The notes beneath the pieces are model-generated. The model did not search any database. It was given only the letters and a program-made list of their open reading frames with translations, and was not told the DNA's origin. From Candidatus Thorarchaeota archaeon (GTDB lineage: Archaea; Asgardarchaeota; Thorarchaeia; Thorarchaeales; Thorarchaeaceae): a stretch of 64,000 bases of DNA. A program made the position numbers and the translations under genes. The stretch spans positions 189,171 through 253,170 of the forward strand of contig JBHLRZ010000001.1 of the NCBI GenBank assembly GCA_048882045.1. The letters are read 5' to 3'. Shown here piece after piece: positions 17,986 to 28,387 of this stretch. Numbering within the stretch: position 1 is the first letter of the stretch; each line of letters opens with the position of its first letter.

Positions 17986-19761
17986 ATGATGAGAGCTAAA
18001 GAACTGAGAGAAATGTATCTGAAATACTTCAAAGACAAAGGACACTCAGTCATAGCTTCAGCATCATTGTTCCCAGAGGATGATCCTACTGTACTATTCA
18101 CATCAGCAGGCATGCACCCATTGGTTCCCTACCTATTGGGACAACCTCATCCTGAAGGAAAACGTCTGACAAATGTACAGAAATGTGTACGCACAACTGA
18201 CATCGAAGAAGTGGGAGATACAACTCACCTTACCTTCTTTGAGATGCTTGGAAACTGGAGTCTGGGAGATTACTGGAAGAAGGAAGCAATCACTTGGAGC
18301 TATGAGTTTCTGACCTCCAGGAAATATCTTGGATTTGACCCGGGGAAGATATCAGTAACTGTGTTCGCAGGTGATGAGGACTCTCCTAGGGATGAAGATG
18401 CAGCAGATGCATGGAAGAATGTAGGAATCCCAGATGAGAGAATCTACTTCCTGGAAAAAGAGGACAACTGGTGGATCGCGGGGAACACAGGTCCCTGTGG
18501 ACCATGTACTGAGATGTTCATTGAAGTGGATGAGATTCCAAAATGCGGTCCAGACTGTAGACCAGGATGCAACTGCGGTCATTTTGTTGAAGTGTGGAAT
18601 GACGTCTTCATGAGTTATCGAAAACACGACGACGGATCCTATGAACCTCTGAAGATGAACAGCATTGACACTGGAATGGGTGTCGAGAGAACTCTTGCTA
18701 TGGTAAACAGAGTACCGACAGTTTTCGATACGGAGTTCTTCATTCCTCTGATTGAACGTGTCAAGGAACTTTCAGGTAAAGAGGATTTCACTGAGCAGGA
18801 CAACCAGCTCATCCGGATAATCGTCGATCATGTCAGGTCAGCAGTGATGATCATGGCAGATGACAGAAAGGTTGGACCTTCCAATGTGGAACAGGGATAT
18901 ATTGTAAGAAGACTCCTTAGAAAAGCAATCCATAGTGCAGACAGACTGGGAATCGGTCAAGGCTTCATGATTTCACTTGCAGAGATTGTCATTGACATGT
19001 TCAAAGACCTCTATGGAGAGGTCAAACGAAATAAAGAGTTCATCATGAGCAATCTCACAGCAGAGGAAACAAAGTTCAGAAAAACCCTGAATAAAGCTAT
19101 TAGGAGATTCGAAAAAATCTACAATGATACAGGAACCATTACGGGAGGTGATGCGTTTCTGCTCTTCACTAGCTTTGGGCTACCACTTGAGATGACGAGA
19201 GATCTTGCGGAAGAGAAAGGAATCCAAATAGATATGGATCAGTTTACGAAGCAGTTCGAAGAACACAGAGAGATATCGAGAACAGCGACTCAAGGCAAAT
19301 TCAAGGGTGGTCTGGCGGAACATAGTGAGAAAATTGTGAAACTTCACACTGCAACTCATCTTCTTCAAGCGGCATTGAGGAAAGTCCTCGGAGATGAGGT
19401 GACCCAGAACGGGAGCAACATCACAGAAGAGCGTCTACGGTTTGACTTTACCTTTTCAAGAAGATTGACTCCAGAAGAGATTGAAGAAGTGGAAACGCTT
19501 GTAAACGAGATTATCAATCAAGATTTGAAAGTGAATCAGCAGTTCCTCCCCTATGACGAAGCGATTGAGAAAGGGGCTCTTGCATTTTTCAAGGAGAACT
19601 ATGGAGAAACAGTGTCTGTGTATTCAGTGGGCGATTTTAGCATGGAGCTCTGTGGAGGCCCGCATGTAGAACACACAGGAGTTTTGAAGAAATTCAGGAT
19701 TGTCAAGCAAAAGAGTATTGGAACAGGTCTTATCAGGCTAAGAGCTATTCTTGAAGACTAG
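17986..19761 (+). CDS. alaS: Alanine--tRNA ligase, short form (591 aa)
   Basis: DDPTVLFTSAGM, QKCVRT, HLTFFEMLGNWS, IDTGMGVER, editing motifs HTATH and ELCGGPH. Confidence 0.96.
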   Translation: MMRAKELREMYLKYFKDKGHSVIASASLFPEDDPTVLFTSAGMHPLVPYLLGQPHPEGKRLTNVQKCVRTTDIEEVGDTTHLTFFEMLGNWSLGDYWKKEAITWSYEFLTSRKYLGFDPGKISVTVFAGDEDSPRDEDAADAWKNVGIPDERIYFLEKEDNWWIAGNTGPCGPCTEMFIEVDEIPKCGPDCRPGCNCGHFVEVWNDVFMSYRKHDDGSYEPLKMNSIDTGMGVERTLAMVNRVPTVFDTEFFIPLIERVKELSGKEDFTEQDNQLIRIIVDHVRSAVMIMADDRKVGPSNVEQGYIVRRLLRKAIHSADRLGIGQGFMISLAEIVIDMFKDLYGEVKRNKEFIMSNLTAEETKFRKTLNKAIRRFEKIYNDTGTITGGDAFLLFTSFGLPLEMTRDLAEEKGIQIDMDQFTKQFEEHREISRTATQGKFKGGLAEHSEKIVKLHTATHLLQAALRKVLGDEVTQNGSNITEERLRFDFTFSRRLTPEEIEEVETLVNEIINQDLKVNQQFLPYDEAIEKGALAFFKENYGETVSVYSVGDFSMELCGGPHVEHTGVLKKFRIVKQKSIGTGLIRLRAILED

Positions 19762-19842
19762 TTTGCCGAGGGTTCTTATGGGGGTTACAGTTTCTACGGA
19801 AGCATACAATTTGCTTAGACAAAACGAGTGCGGTGAATAAAA

Positions 19843-20505
19843 GTGGGTACATTTTCAAAATTCTTTGGTTCAGGTGACAAAGATCTTCAAAAGCGAGCTG
19901 ACGAGTTATTGCTCGAAATAAGTAAAGGACTCCAATCATCTAGTGCAAAATTGTGTGTAGGAGCAAATGAGTGGGTTGAGGGGAATATCAAGGTTCTAGA
20001 AGAAATCAAGGATGAACTAATTGAACTAGAACGTAAAATGGATGCAAAGAAGGAAGAACTGATAGAATGTGTACTGGCAAAGCATGCATATCTTCCTCAA
20101 CAAACCCAAGAACGACACAAGCTCATTAGACTAATGGACAGTGTTATTGATACTGCTGAACATGCTGTTCGTGTGATGTGGATAGGAAGAAAAATGGAAC
20201 CACCTAAGGAAGTAAAGAATTTGGCAAAACTTGTCTGGAAATGTACAGACATGCTTCAAGATGCAGTCAAATATCTCTATAGTGATTTTGACAAATGTGT
20301 GGAGTATACTCGAGAGGTTGATAGAACAAGGGAAGAAGCAAGAGACCTTCAATTCAAAATCATTGAAGAGCTCTTCACTGAATCAAAGTATAAACCTAAT
20401 GAGATACATCTTTTCAGCGAGGTTTCACACTGGATTGTGAAAGTAGCCGTTCAATCTGAGGACACAGGGGATTTCCTTAGAGAACTTGCGGTTAAGTACT
20501 CCTAG
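19843..20505 (+). CDS. DUF47 / PhoU-like phosphate transport regulator
   Basis: Two helical repeats (LERKMD, EEARD, SEDTGD); directly upstream of a PiT gene. Confidence 0.8.
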   Translation: MGTFSKFFGSGDKDLQKRADELLLEISKGLQSSSAKLCVGANEWVEGNIKVLEEIKDELIELERKMDAKKEELIECVLAKHAYLPQQTQERHKLIRLMDSVIDTAEHAVRVMWIGRKMEPPKEVKNLAKLVWKCTDMLQDAVKYLYSDFDKCVEYTREVDRTREEARDLQFKIIEELFTESKYKPNEIHLFSEVSHWIVKVAVQSEDTGDFLRELAVKYS

Positions 20506-20522
20506 TGGGAGGATTTTGTTCA

Positions 20523-21551
20523 GTGGATCCTCTACTACTACTAGCTGTTCTTGTCCTTGGCTTTGTTGTTGCATTTGCGATAGGTGGCAATGATGAGGCA
20601 ATGGCTCCTGCAGTGGGGGCTAGAATTTTCTCTCTTAATATAGCAGTCACACTTGGAGGTTTACTGAGTATTATTGGAGCAGTAACACTTGGAGGAAATG
20701 TATCTGAAAAGGTAGGTTCGGATCTTGTTTCGCAACAGACAATGACTCCGAGTATGGTCTTTGCAGTGCTTGTATCCATGGCAATATGGTTGCTAATTGC
20801 GTCAGTCACCAAGGGGCTCCCAATAAGTACGACGCAATGTATAGTTGGGTCTGTGATAGGGGTGGCTGTAGTTGCACCATTTCTTGGTGAACCAGGATGG
20901 GGATTCGAAGTTGTTTCTTGGTTCGTCGTTCTGGAAGTGTTTTTGGGATGGATCATATCTCCTGTGGTAGGATTCCTAATAGCTGCAGTTGTATTCTGGT
21001 TTGTTAGAAGGTTGCAGAAAAGAGTAACAGGTCTTGCTGGACGTGAGAGACAGGAAAGAATGGCAGCATACGGACTAGCCATCTTTTTGACGATAACAAG
21101 TTTGAGTAGAGGGGGAAATGATGTCGCAAACGCAGTTGCACCACTAGTGACAATACCAGATTTTGCGGCTCCAATAAACCTTGGACCATTCATCTTACCA
21201 GGTATTGTGATTCCGTTATTTGTGGGAGGGCTGGGAATGGCAATCGGTCTGATTGTGGTTGGTCGAAAAGTCATCAAAGTTCTTGCTACAGAAGTTGTTA
21301 CGTTGACTCCCACCTCAGCATTAGCTGCATCGATATCTGTAGCTTTGGTAATGCTCATAGGAACATACATGGGGTTCCCACTAAGTGGAACTCACGTATT
21401 GGTGGCAGCTCTGATTGCGGTTGGATGGGTTGCTCAGACTCCTGTTCAGACAAATCAGGTCAAGGAGATTTTAGTTTCATGGGTGATTACTGTACCAATA
21501 TCAGCAATCTTTGGAGTCATTCTATATGCATGTATAACACCATTCTTCTGA
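20523..21551 (+). CDS. Inorganic phosphate transporter, PiT family
   Basis: GGND signature twice, GLPISTTQ, GFPLSGTH. Confidence 0.93.
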   Translation: MDPLLLLAVLVLGFVVAFAIGGNDEAMAPAVGARIFSLNIAVTLGGLLSIIGAVTLGGNVSEKVGSDLVSQQTMTPSMVFAVLVSMAIWLLIASVTKGLPISTTQCIVGSVIGVAVVAPFLGEPGWGFEVVSWFVVLEVFLGWIISPVVGFLIAAVVFWFVRRLQKRVTGLAGRERQERMAAYGLAIFLTITSLSRGGNDVANAVAPLVTIPDFAAPINLGPFILPGIVIPLFVGGLGMAIGLIVVGRKVIKVLATEVVTLTPTSALAASISVALVMLIGTYMGFPLSGTHVLVAALIAVGWVAQTPVQTNQVKEILVSWVITVPISAIFGVILYACITPFF

Positions 21552-21567
21552 GAAGGTAGTTATCTGT

Positions 21568-22323
21568 TCAAGAAGGCATCTCAGGAACTTTGTGGATCAG
21601 GAGATAGTTCTTCGCCATTCTTCCGAGGTCTTCAGCTTCATTGATAGATAGATGAACTCGTGGTCCAGTAGGCGTTTCTCTCCTTGTTGCCTCAATGATT
21701 GCTAGGTCAGCATCACGAACAACAGCCTCTGCACCAGCACATAGACGAGTGTCACCTGTGTATGCTACAACGGTTCCACCGATTTGAACCCTAAATCCTA
21801 ATGCTGGGTCTAGAACTTCCTCATTTGGATGCGCTTCAAGTGAGTAATGCTCAACTTCGACCGATTTCACTTTGAAGAAGTCTGTGTCAAATCCAGATCC
21901 CTCTGTCATCTCATGATACCAAATCTTGAAGGGAAGCCTCTCCTTGTAGGCTTCTCTGAATCCCTTGATTAGACTAATTGCTTCTGTGCAATCACTAGGG
22001 ATTAGAATATTGAGAGTTTCTTTTCGATTCAACATCTGCATAAATCCTAGCAGTGCGTGAAGACCACCAACATGGTCGAAATGGCCATGGGAGATAGCAA
22101 TTAGATCAATCGCCTCAACAAAATTTGTATTTCCAGACTTGAGCAAGTCTCTCAGAACACCGTCGCCTATATCGAGCAACATAATTCGTCCAGTGAATCT
22201 TGAAGTCAGGACAATCGTTGTAGCCACTCCTGCTGCGCTAAATGGAATATCTACTTGAACTTCATCATTATTCCAATGAGATTCATACTTGTTATCTATC
22301 AACGGATCCAACCCATCTTGCAT
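21568..22323 (-). CDS. MBL-fold metallo-hydrolase (RNase Z-like)
   Basis: LLDIGDG, SHGHFDHVGG, YTGDT, EAT, LIH. Confidence 0.85.
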   Translation of the reverse strand: MQDGLDPLIDNKYESHWNNDEVQVDIPFSAAGVATTIVLTSRFTGRIMLLDIGDGVLRDLLKSGNTNFVEAIDLIAISHGHFDHVGGLHALLGFMQMLNRKETLNILIPSDCTEAISLIKGFREAYKERLPFKIWYHEMTEGSGFDTDFFKVKSVEVEHYSLEAHPNEEVLDPALGFRVQIGGTVVAYTGDTRLCAGAEAVVRDADLAIIEATRRETPTGPRVHLSINEAEDLGRMAKNYLLIHKVPEMPS

Positions 22324-22483
22324 CGTGGCATAGTGAAGAATGAATAAATGTATTGAGTGAAGTCCTTTTGTACAAATCGAAACTACAATCCTAGTGGTGA
22401 AAACATCGAAAATCTAATTGATTCTCTTGAAAACCAGATGGACCAAGGAAGTTGAGAGTTTATTTTTATTATCAGTTTTGAAA

Positions 22484-22504
22484 AAACATCAAATTATGAT
22501 GTTT
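22484..22504. promoter_or_regulatory. Inverted repeat upstream of the NSS transporter
   Basis: AAACATCA-N5-TGATGTTT in an AT-rich divergent intergenic region. Confidence 0.4.
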
Positions 22505-22590
22505 CAAACCACAAGAAAATCGACCAAAAACGACTTATATCACCAATCCTACACACATTTTTGATTTTCACTTCGCGTGAGGTAAACGTG

Positions 22591-24072
22591 ATGGGAGAAG
22601 AAACTTCTGTAGAACTTGAAGTAGCCCGTGAAACTTGGGTTACCCGTATGGGTTTCGTGTTCGCGGTCTGGGGTTCCATGACAGGATTAGGTAACGTCTG
22701 GAACTGGCCATTCAAAGTTTCAGTTTTGGGTGGTGGTCCTTTCGTACTTATCTACATAATCATGCTAGCATTAGTAGGAATTCCTGTTGTGCTGACAGAG
22801 TTCGTTCTGGGTTCGACTTTTCGGAGAGGATTCCCAGGAGCACTCAAAAGAATTTCGCCAATGGGAGAGTTCCTTGGCTGGTTCTGCCTTGTTAATACAG
22901 CAATCCTCACAGCATTCTATACGGTGCTAATCGGATATGCTGCAGTCTATGCTGGATATGCAATAACTGGTCTCCAACTCGACGGAGGAATGGGACCGGC
23001 TGCATTCACTGACCAACCAGCTTTCTTTGTCAACATGTTGACGTCGCCAATAGTCCTTGTTGGACTCATTGTGGTTTGGTTAGCTGTATTTATCATCGAC
23101 TACTTTGGAACCAGGGGTATTGAACGCTCTGTCATGATACTATTCCCATTGATGTGGATAATCATTATATTCATGGCATTCTGGGGTCTTTCCCAGCCAA
23201 ATGCATATGAGGGATTAGATTTCTATCTGAACCCGGACGTTGATCAGTTTCTAAACCCACAGATGTGGTCAACTGCGGTTTCATTGAGCTTCTTCAAACT
23301 TAGTGCAGGAATGGGAGCGTTAACCGCGTATGCGAGTTATCTTCCTCGTCGTGGTGAACTTACAAACAGTGCAGTAACAACAAGTCTGCTTGATACTACA
23401 TTCGCATTTACAGCAGGAATGGCAGTTTTCACAATCGCAGCTACCGCAGGTTTTCTCGGTGGAGGTGGTGTGGGCTTCGCATTCATTGCATGGCCGGGAG
23501 GAATGGCTATTCCAGGAGGCAATATCTTAGGATTTGTGTTCTTCCTGATGATGGTATTCCTTGGTGTGACGAGTGCAATCTCATTAGTGGAAGCTATAGT
23601 CACTGCTGTGATGGATAAGTTCGGATGGCCACGATCAAAGACTGTGATTGCAATCACCCTCATTCTGTTTCTCGGTGGAGTCCCATTCACCTTGTGGATG
23701 GAATTACCGGATCCCGCAGGAGCAGGTGATGTTGTCTGGGGTCTGTACTTACTTGATATCTTCGACTACTATGTTGAGAATTTTGGTCTTGTTCTAGTAA
23801 CTCTGTTCATGATGTTAGTCATGGGCTGGGTCTGGGGTGGAGCAAAGATAGTAGATGCTGCAAACGAAGCTGGGGACTTCAAACTACCTAGTTCGTACAA
23901 GTGGATAGTCAAAGTGATTTCACCAGTTGGTATCATTGTCGCACTTGCATTCATCATTCTCAATGGATTCTATGCAGTCGGAAGTATAATGGAATTAACT
24001 GCACCCTTGATTTGGATTGCAATATGTGTCGTAATTGCGGCTATATTATGGCGTATGAAGGGGGTTGACTGA
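22591..24072 (+). CDS. Sodium-dependent transporter, NSS/SNF family
   Basis: RETW..R.GF, GLGNVW.WP, GGGPF, FFKLSAGMG..TAYASY. Confidence 0.93.
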   Translation: MGEETSVELEVARETWVTRMGFVFAVWGSMTGLGNVWNWPFKVSVLGGGPFVLIYIIMLALVGIPVVLTEFVLGSTFRRGFPGALKRISPMGEFLGWFCLVNTAILTAFYTVLIGYAAVYAGYAITGLQLDGGMGPAAFTDQPAFFVNMLTSPIVLVGLIVVWLAVFIIDYFGTRGIERSVMILFPLMWIIIIFMAFWGLSQPNAYEGLDFYLNPDVDQFLNPQMWSTAVSLSFFKLSAGMGALTAYASYLPRRGELTNSAVTTSLLDTTFAFTAGMAVFTIAATAGFLGGGGVGFAFIAWPGGMAIPGGNILGFVFFLMMVFLGVTSAISLVEAIVTAVMDKFGWPRSKTVIAITLILFLGGVPFTLWMELPDPAGAGDVVWGLYLLDIFDYYVENFGLVLVTLFMMLVMGWVWGGAKIVDAANEAGDFKLPSSYKWIVKVISPVGIIVALAFIILNGFYAVGSIMELTAPLIWIAICVVIAAILWRMKGVD

Positions 24073-24074
24073 CA

Positions 24075-24299
24075 ATGGGACTAATGGATATCATCTTTGG
24101 CCCATATGAGCGATTTGGAATGAGAGGGGGATTCATCCTTCTCATCCTGGTCGCTATAGTTGGTGTTGTCTTTGCAGTTTGGATGACGATGATCGGTGCT
24201 CAATTGGGAGCTGCCGTGTCATTCATTCTGGACCTTACCCTAACATATGGCATATTGGTCATGTTCCTGTACATTATGTGGTTGCGTCGCCCCCAGTGA
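24075..24299 (+). CDS. Small two-TM protein, possible NSS accessory subunit
   Basis: 74-aa hydrophobic ORF 2 nt after the NSS stop, followed by a T-tract. Confidence 0.6.
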   Translation: MGLMDIIFGPYERFGMRGGFILLILVAIVGVVFAVWMTMIGAQLGAAVSFILDLTLTYGILVMFLYIMWLRRPQ

Positions 24300-24351
24300 C
24301 ACATACCACATACCCCCCTTTTTTTAAGTAGGGTTTGGATGTTCATAAAAC

Positions 24352-24768
24352 ATGTCAAAAGGACTAGAGCTACTCACAGGAAAGGTGCGGAGAAGGAGAT
24401 ATAGATACTATACTTTTGGTATAATCACTATCATTGCACTTGCTCTTGCAGGACTAACCGGATATATGATCTATGGTGCCACTGAGGCAGGTTGGTCAGC
24501 TATTCAATCAAGTTTGTTTCTTTCCTTTGCTATACTCCTGCTGTTTCTAGTACCTACTAGAGATATGAGGCGTGCAGAAGCAATCATAATTCTTGCATCA
24601 GAGCATGGGGGAACTCTTCAGGTCGAAACTATTCAACAAGAGTTGGGACTTCCGAAAGACAAGGGAACCCAGCTGCTCGACTGGATGGTCAAACAGAAGA
24701 TGGCTGAAAAACGTGAACAAACAAAACGATACGTCTTTCCGGAAATGCGTCGTGGGCGGGATGAATGA
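24352..24768 (+). CDS. Hypothetical membrane protein (2 TM plus winged-helix-like C-terminus)
   Basis: Two hydrophobic helices, then LQVETIQQELGLPKDKGTQLLDWMV...RYVFP. Confidence 0.6.
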   Translation: MSKGLELLTGKVRRRRYRYYTFGIITIIALALAGLTGYMIYGATEAGWSAIQSSLFLSFAILLLFLVPTRDMRRAEAIIILASEHGGTLQVETIQQELGLPKDKGTQLLDWMVKQKMAEKREQTKRYVFPEMRRGRDE

Positions 24769-24794
24769 GAAACTAGTCCTCCCTACCAGCTTTA

Positions 24795-25910
24795 TCATAG
24801 CTTTGATGCGAGTACTTCATCATAATCTATCAGTTCATTGACTTTCTTGAATTTCTTCTTCTTTCCCTTTCTATCCAACCACTCGCCCTCGATGTCAATG
24901 ATACGTTCAGTTCCCTCTTCAGCAATTCTTACTCGAGACCAATTCCAATATTCGAGGGTGCCCTTGTTGAGTGTGATTGATACTGAGGTTTTGGAAGTAT
25001 CATAGCCAATTGTGATCTTGGTACGGTTGCCAAAGTCAAGATCATGTATTCTTTCTTCAATCTGACCATTCTCATTTGTATGCTTGATGCTGATGTATGC
25101 TCCGAAAGCCTCGTGTATGTGCCCAACTAGGACTAGTAACGGACGATATTCGTCTGCGACCTCACGAAGAGATGTGCTTCCTTTACTCTCCCCCCATAGA
25201 TGAGGAGGTACTCCAAATCGTCCAAGTCTATCTCTCATTTCATATGGAGGACTATGAGTGGCAATAATTGTATTCTGAGCTTTTACGTTTGTCCGGGAAA
25301 TTGCATCTTCTATCGCCCACTTAAGATTCTCTTCTGATCTTTCTCCTGGGAATGTGTGATTGATGGGATTTGATCCCTCTACTCCAATATATCTGAAGCC
25401 TTTTTCTTCAAATATACCTCCAGGCCAAGTTTCTCTCTTGCTTTGAAGATCCATATAGATTTCATCAGGATGGATATTATCAATACGAGACTTTTCAGAC
25501 TTGTCGCAACCAATGTCATGCAACTGATCCGATCCAATTGCTTCTATCGCATCAGCAGTGGTGCCAAACATCTCGTAATTACCTGCGATACAAATTGTGG
25601 GAGCAGGAGAGGACTCTAGAGTACTCAAAAGATCTGTCAATTTTTCAACTGTATCTTTAGCAATCAAAGATAGATCAGCCCTAGCCTTAAGGTATGCAGG
25701 CTCAGCTAAATAGTCACCATCAAAAACCAGAATATCAGGAATGCAATTCCTCAGATTTTCCAAGAGGAGGTTGACCTTACCTTTCTCTTCATGCGGATCA
25801 CCACTCCCAGCAAATTCTAAAGTCTTATTCTGCTCCAGATATGCTTCTATATCTTCAACTTTGAAAGAGGACTTTTTCCCACGTCTGAAACTCATAGATA
25901 TACGCCTCAT
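24795..25910 (-). CDS. Metallophosphoesterase (Icc-related)
   Basis: GDPH, DGD, GNYE, THSPP, GHIHE. Confidence 0.85.
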   Translation of the reverse strand: MRRISMSFRRGKKSSFKVEDIEAYLEQNKTLEFAGSGDPHEEKGKVNLLLENLRNCIPDILVFDGDYLAEPAYLKARADLSLIAKDTVEKLTDLLSTLESSPAPTICIAGNYEMFGTTADAIEAIGSDQLHDIGCDKSEKSRIDNIHPDEIYMDLQSKRETWPGGIFEEKGFRYIGVEGSNPINHTFPGERSEENLKWAIEDAISRTNVKAQNTIIATHSPPYEMRDRLGRFGVPPHLWGESKGSTSLREVADEYRPLLVLVGHIHEAFGAYISIKHTNENGQIEERIHDLDFGNRTKITIGYDTSKTSVSITLNKGTLEYWNWSRVRIAEEGTERIIDIEGEWLDRKGKKKKFKKVNELIDYDEVLASKL

Positions 25911-26019
25911 ATGACGGATTTAATATATTCTATTCAACTTCCTATACTCGACATTGGATTTATCTGTTAGGGAGTGCAACTTGGAGTGATGGCAGCGAGC
26001 TTCGTATACTCGTGCTAAG

Positions 26020-26568
26020 GTGAGATATTTGTCCAACATGAACCAGATATTAATTGACTGCTTTGATGCAAATGGCTTCTATGAGGAGAACTACAAACGT
26101 ATCATTCTTGTGATGTCAAAACTGACGAAATCAAAGCAGTTAGAGAGAGAATGGGTATCCTCTCAAGCAGTTGGCGGAACTTGGGCTAGGTCAATCAGAT
26201 GCAGCTTTGAAACAGATGCTGATGGGCGAAGAATTAAACAACTCATGTTAGGCCTTGAATATTGTAGTCTTAATGATGTTCCCGAAGAGATACACCCTAA
26301 GAGCAATTCTGAAACATTCAGGTTTGCAGACATTGATGTACTCGAGGTTGTGGGAAAAGAAGATAGTGCGAAAAGGAGGATTGCAGGTCGCCTAAAAGTC
26401 GGAGAAAGGAAAATTGGAATTGGAGATGTTCGGGAAGGGGACTCTGATACAGATTTTGTCCTCTCATGCAGGAAAAAGCTAATTGATAGTCTCGATGAAT
26501 CCTCCCGTCAGGAATTATTTGATCTTGAGAAACTAATCTATGATGAACTCAGAAAGTCAGTTGTGTAA
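26020..26568 (+). CDS. Hypothetical protein
   Basis: 182-aa ORF filling the gap; no recognised motif. Confidence 0.55.
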   Translation: MRYLSNMNQILIDCFDANGFYEENYKRIILVMSKLTKSKQLEREWVSSQAVGGTWARSIRCSFETDADGRRIKQLMLGLEYCSLNDVPEEIHPKSNSETFRFADIDVLEVVGKEDSAKRRIAGRLKVGERKIGIGDVREGDSDTDFVLSCRKKLIDSLDESSRQELFDLEKLIYDELRKSVV

Positions 26569-26601
26569 TGTTCTGGTATTCTTGGTTTAAAGAACTGAAT
26601 G

Positions 26602-26629
26602 AGCTGAGTCATGTTAGACTCAGCTTTTT
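26602..26629. terminator. Hairpin between convergent genes
   Basis: AGCTGAGTC / GACTCAGCT 9-bp stem followed by TTTT. Confidence 0.55.
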
Positions 26630-26637
26630 CCTCGTTC

Positions 26638-27876
26638 TCAATCGTAGCCCATAGGATTGAATCTAGCAAGCCATGCCATGAAATATCCAATGAAGACTGA
26701 AATGACAAGTCCAACGACTGTCGAGAGGAATACGGTTACCAAATCAGGTGTCGCACCACTAAACATCTGCATGAATGACCAGTAGGCACCAGCTATTGTC
26801 ATCCCTGAAAATGCAACCTTCTTCAGTGGTATCTTCACTGTCTTGGTCTGGAGTGCACCCATATCAACAAGTGCTGCAGCAAGTGCTCCAGCCTTGTCAG
26901 GCTTGAGCCGCAGCTTCTTGCCCAACTGACCAACAGTAACCTTTGACTTGGGTCTCACTACGCTCATAGCTTTCGGAGCATAATCCGCAATGTCATCTGA
27001 GAAGTATTGAACAGCTCCACCTGTATCAATACCGCACTTCCCACAATTGGGAGCATCCTTCCTCCATTTCTTCCCGCATTTCGGACAGCGTTTTCCGTCC
27101 CATGAGCTACTTGCTGCCGTACTCACTCGTCTTTTGAGTTCCTCCTTGTCAATCGTTTCTCCACCCTTCTTGGGTTTTCTTCGAAGAACGACTGCTCGTG
27201 GAAAGATACCGACGTCTGAAGCACTCTTCCCCCTTCGCATCTTGCTACCAGCCACAATTCCCTGTTGGAACTCGTCAAGTGACATGAGCAATGAGAAACC
27301 AGCCATCACAGTGAAACCAACTGTAATGAGACCGCTGATAGACATGAGGGCAGCTGTACCTGTGGGCCCAATCTGAAGGACGAAATCCTCAGACACAGTT
27401 CCATTCACTGTAGGTGTTGTTTCATTTGCATAAGTAAAGGAGAAGGTTCCGATGATAGTCCCTGAGATTAGACTGAGGTTTCCAAAACCAAGGAGTGAAC
27501 CCAGAGGAATTGATGTATTCAGAAGACTCTCTGTGTGATTATCCGGCAAAAGTGGCACAGCACTCAAATCAAACGGCTGATTGATTATTGGGAACCCTAG
27601 ATAGACCATCGTAAATTGCCCCGATCGCAGATAGAGACTATTGCCAGTAGCTATTGTCAGCTCAAGAGTCAAATCAGCAGACAGATCTAGCAAAGGAATT
27701 GGGTTTGCTAAATCAGAATCAGCAGCGTTTATTCCATTGACTTCCAACAAGAAGCCAAGACTATTGTTTCCACTCCATCCCGCAGGAGGTGCAGCTTGGA
27801 CCGAGGTCAGACTTGCTGACCATAGGAAACATGTAATTGTAAACATAACAAATAGATGTAGGAGAGTCTTTCTCAA
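26638..27876 (-). CDS. Membrane protein: signal peptide, extracellular beta domain, TM, Zn ribbon, two C-terminal TMs
   Basis: Signal-like N-terminus ending VQA; CPKCGKKW...CGKCG. Confidence 0.7.
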   Translation of the reverse strand: MRKTLLHLFVMFTITCFLWSASLTSVQAAPPAGWSGNNSLGFLLEVNGINAADSDLANPIPLLDLSADLTLELTIATGNSLYLRSGQFTMVYLGFPIINQPFDLSAVPLLPDNHTESLLNTSIPLGSLLGFGNLSLISGTIIGTFSFTYANETTPTVNGTVSEDFVLQIGPTGTAALMSISGLITVGFTVMAGFSLLMSLDEFQQGIVAGSKMRRGKSASDVGIFPRAVVLRRKPKKGGETIDKEELKRRVSTAASSSWDGKRCPKCGKKWRKDAPNCGKCGIDTGGAVQYFSDDIADYAPKAMSVVRPKSKVTVGQLGKKLRLKPDKAGALAAALVDMGALQTKTVKIPLKKVAFSGMTIAGAYWSFMQMFSGATPDLVTVFLSTVVGLVISVFIGYFMAWLARFNPMGYD

Positions 27877-27930
27877 TTGTTTAGTACCTCCTCAAGGCGC
27901 GATTCTAGAGCCTCACGGGAAATTACACCT

Positions 27931-28344
27931 TTAACTCTTGTTGGACTTGTATTTGCCTGATAAAGCATCTTCAATTTCTCTATCAAATGCCTCATCGTCA
28001 TCATCGGGTTCATGGATAATATGACTCTCTTTGGGTTTTTCCGGGGTGGGAGCCCAGTTTGAAACAGCTCCGAGAACATATCCTCCAAAGTATGACAGAA
28101 CTATGAAAATCACTTCGAAGGTAGTCAGAAGAATCCAGTAATTCATTATGAGAAATGCAGTAATGACTCCAGCGAATATACTTGAAATGATTCCCATTCC
28201 AATCCTGTCAATTGCTCTGAATCTCTCATATCCTCCAAAGTAATAACCAAGACCGAGACCAATGAGTACTCCAGGAACTCCGAGGATAGCCATTTCGAGA
28301 GTGGGCGGCGCTTGCATCAATTCTCCTCCGTTTTTCAGAATCAT
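27931..28344 (-). CDS. Hypothetical three-TM protein with acidic tail
   Basis: Three hydrophobic helices, EPDDDDEAFDREIE tail. Confidence 0.65.
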   Translation of the reverse strand: MILKNGGELMQAPPTLEMAILGVPGVLIGLGLGYYFGGYERFRAIDRIGMGIISSIFAGVITAFLIMNYWILLTTFEVIFIVLSYFGGYVLGAVSNWAPTPEKPKESHIIHEPDDDDEAFDREIEDALSGKYKSNKS

Positions 28345-28387
28345 TTGGTTATTGATTTCATTAAAACTTTCACATTAATGATAGTCG

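Noticed and set aside
20492-21370. 292-aa minus-strand ORF
   Set aside because: Antisense shadow of the well-supported PiT transporter.
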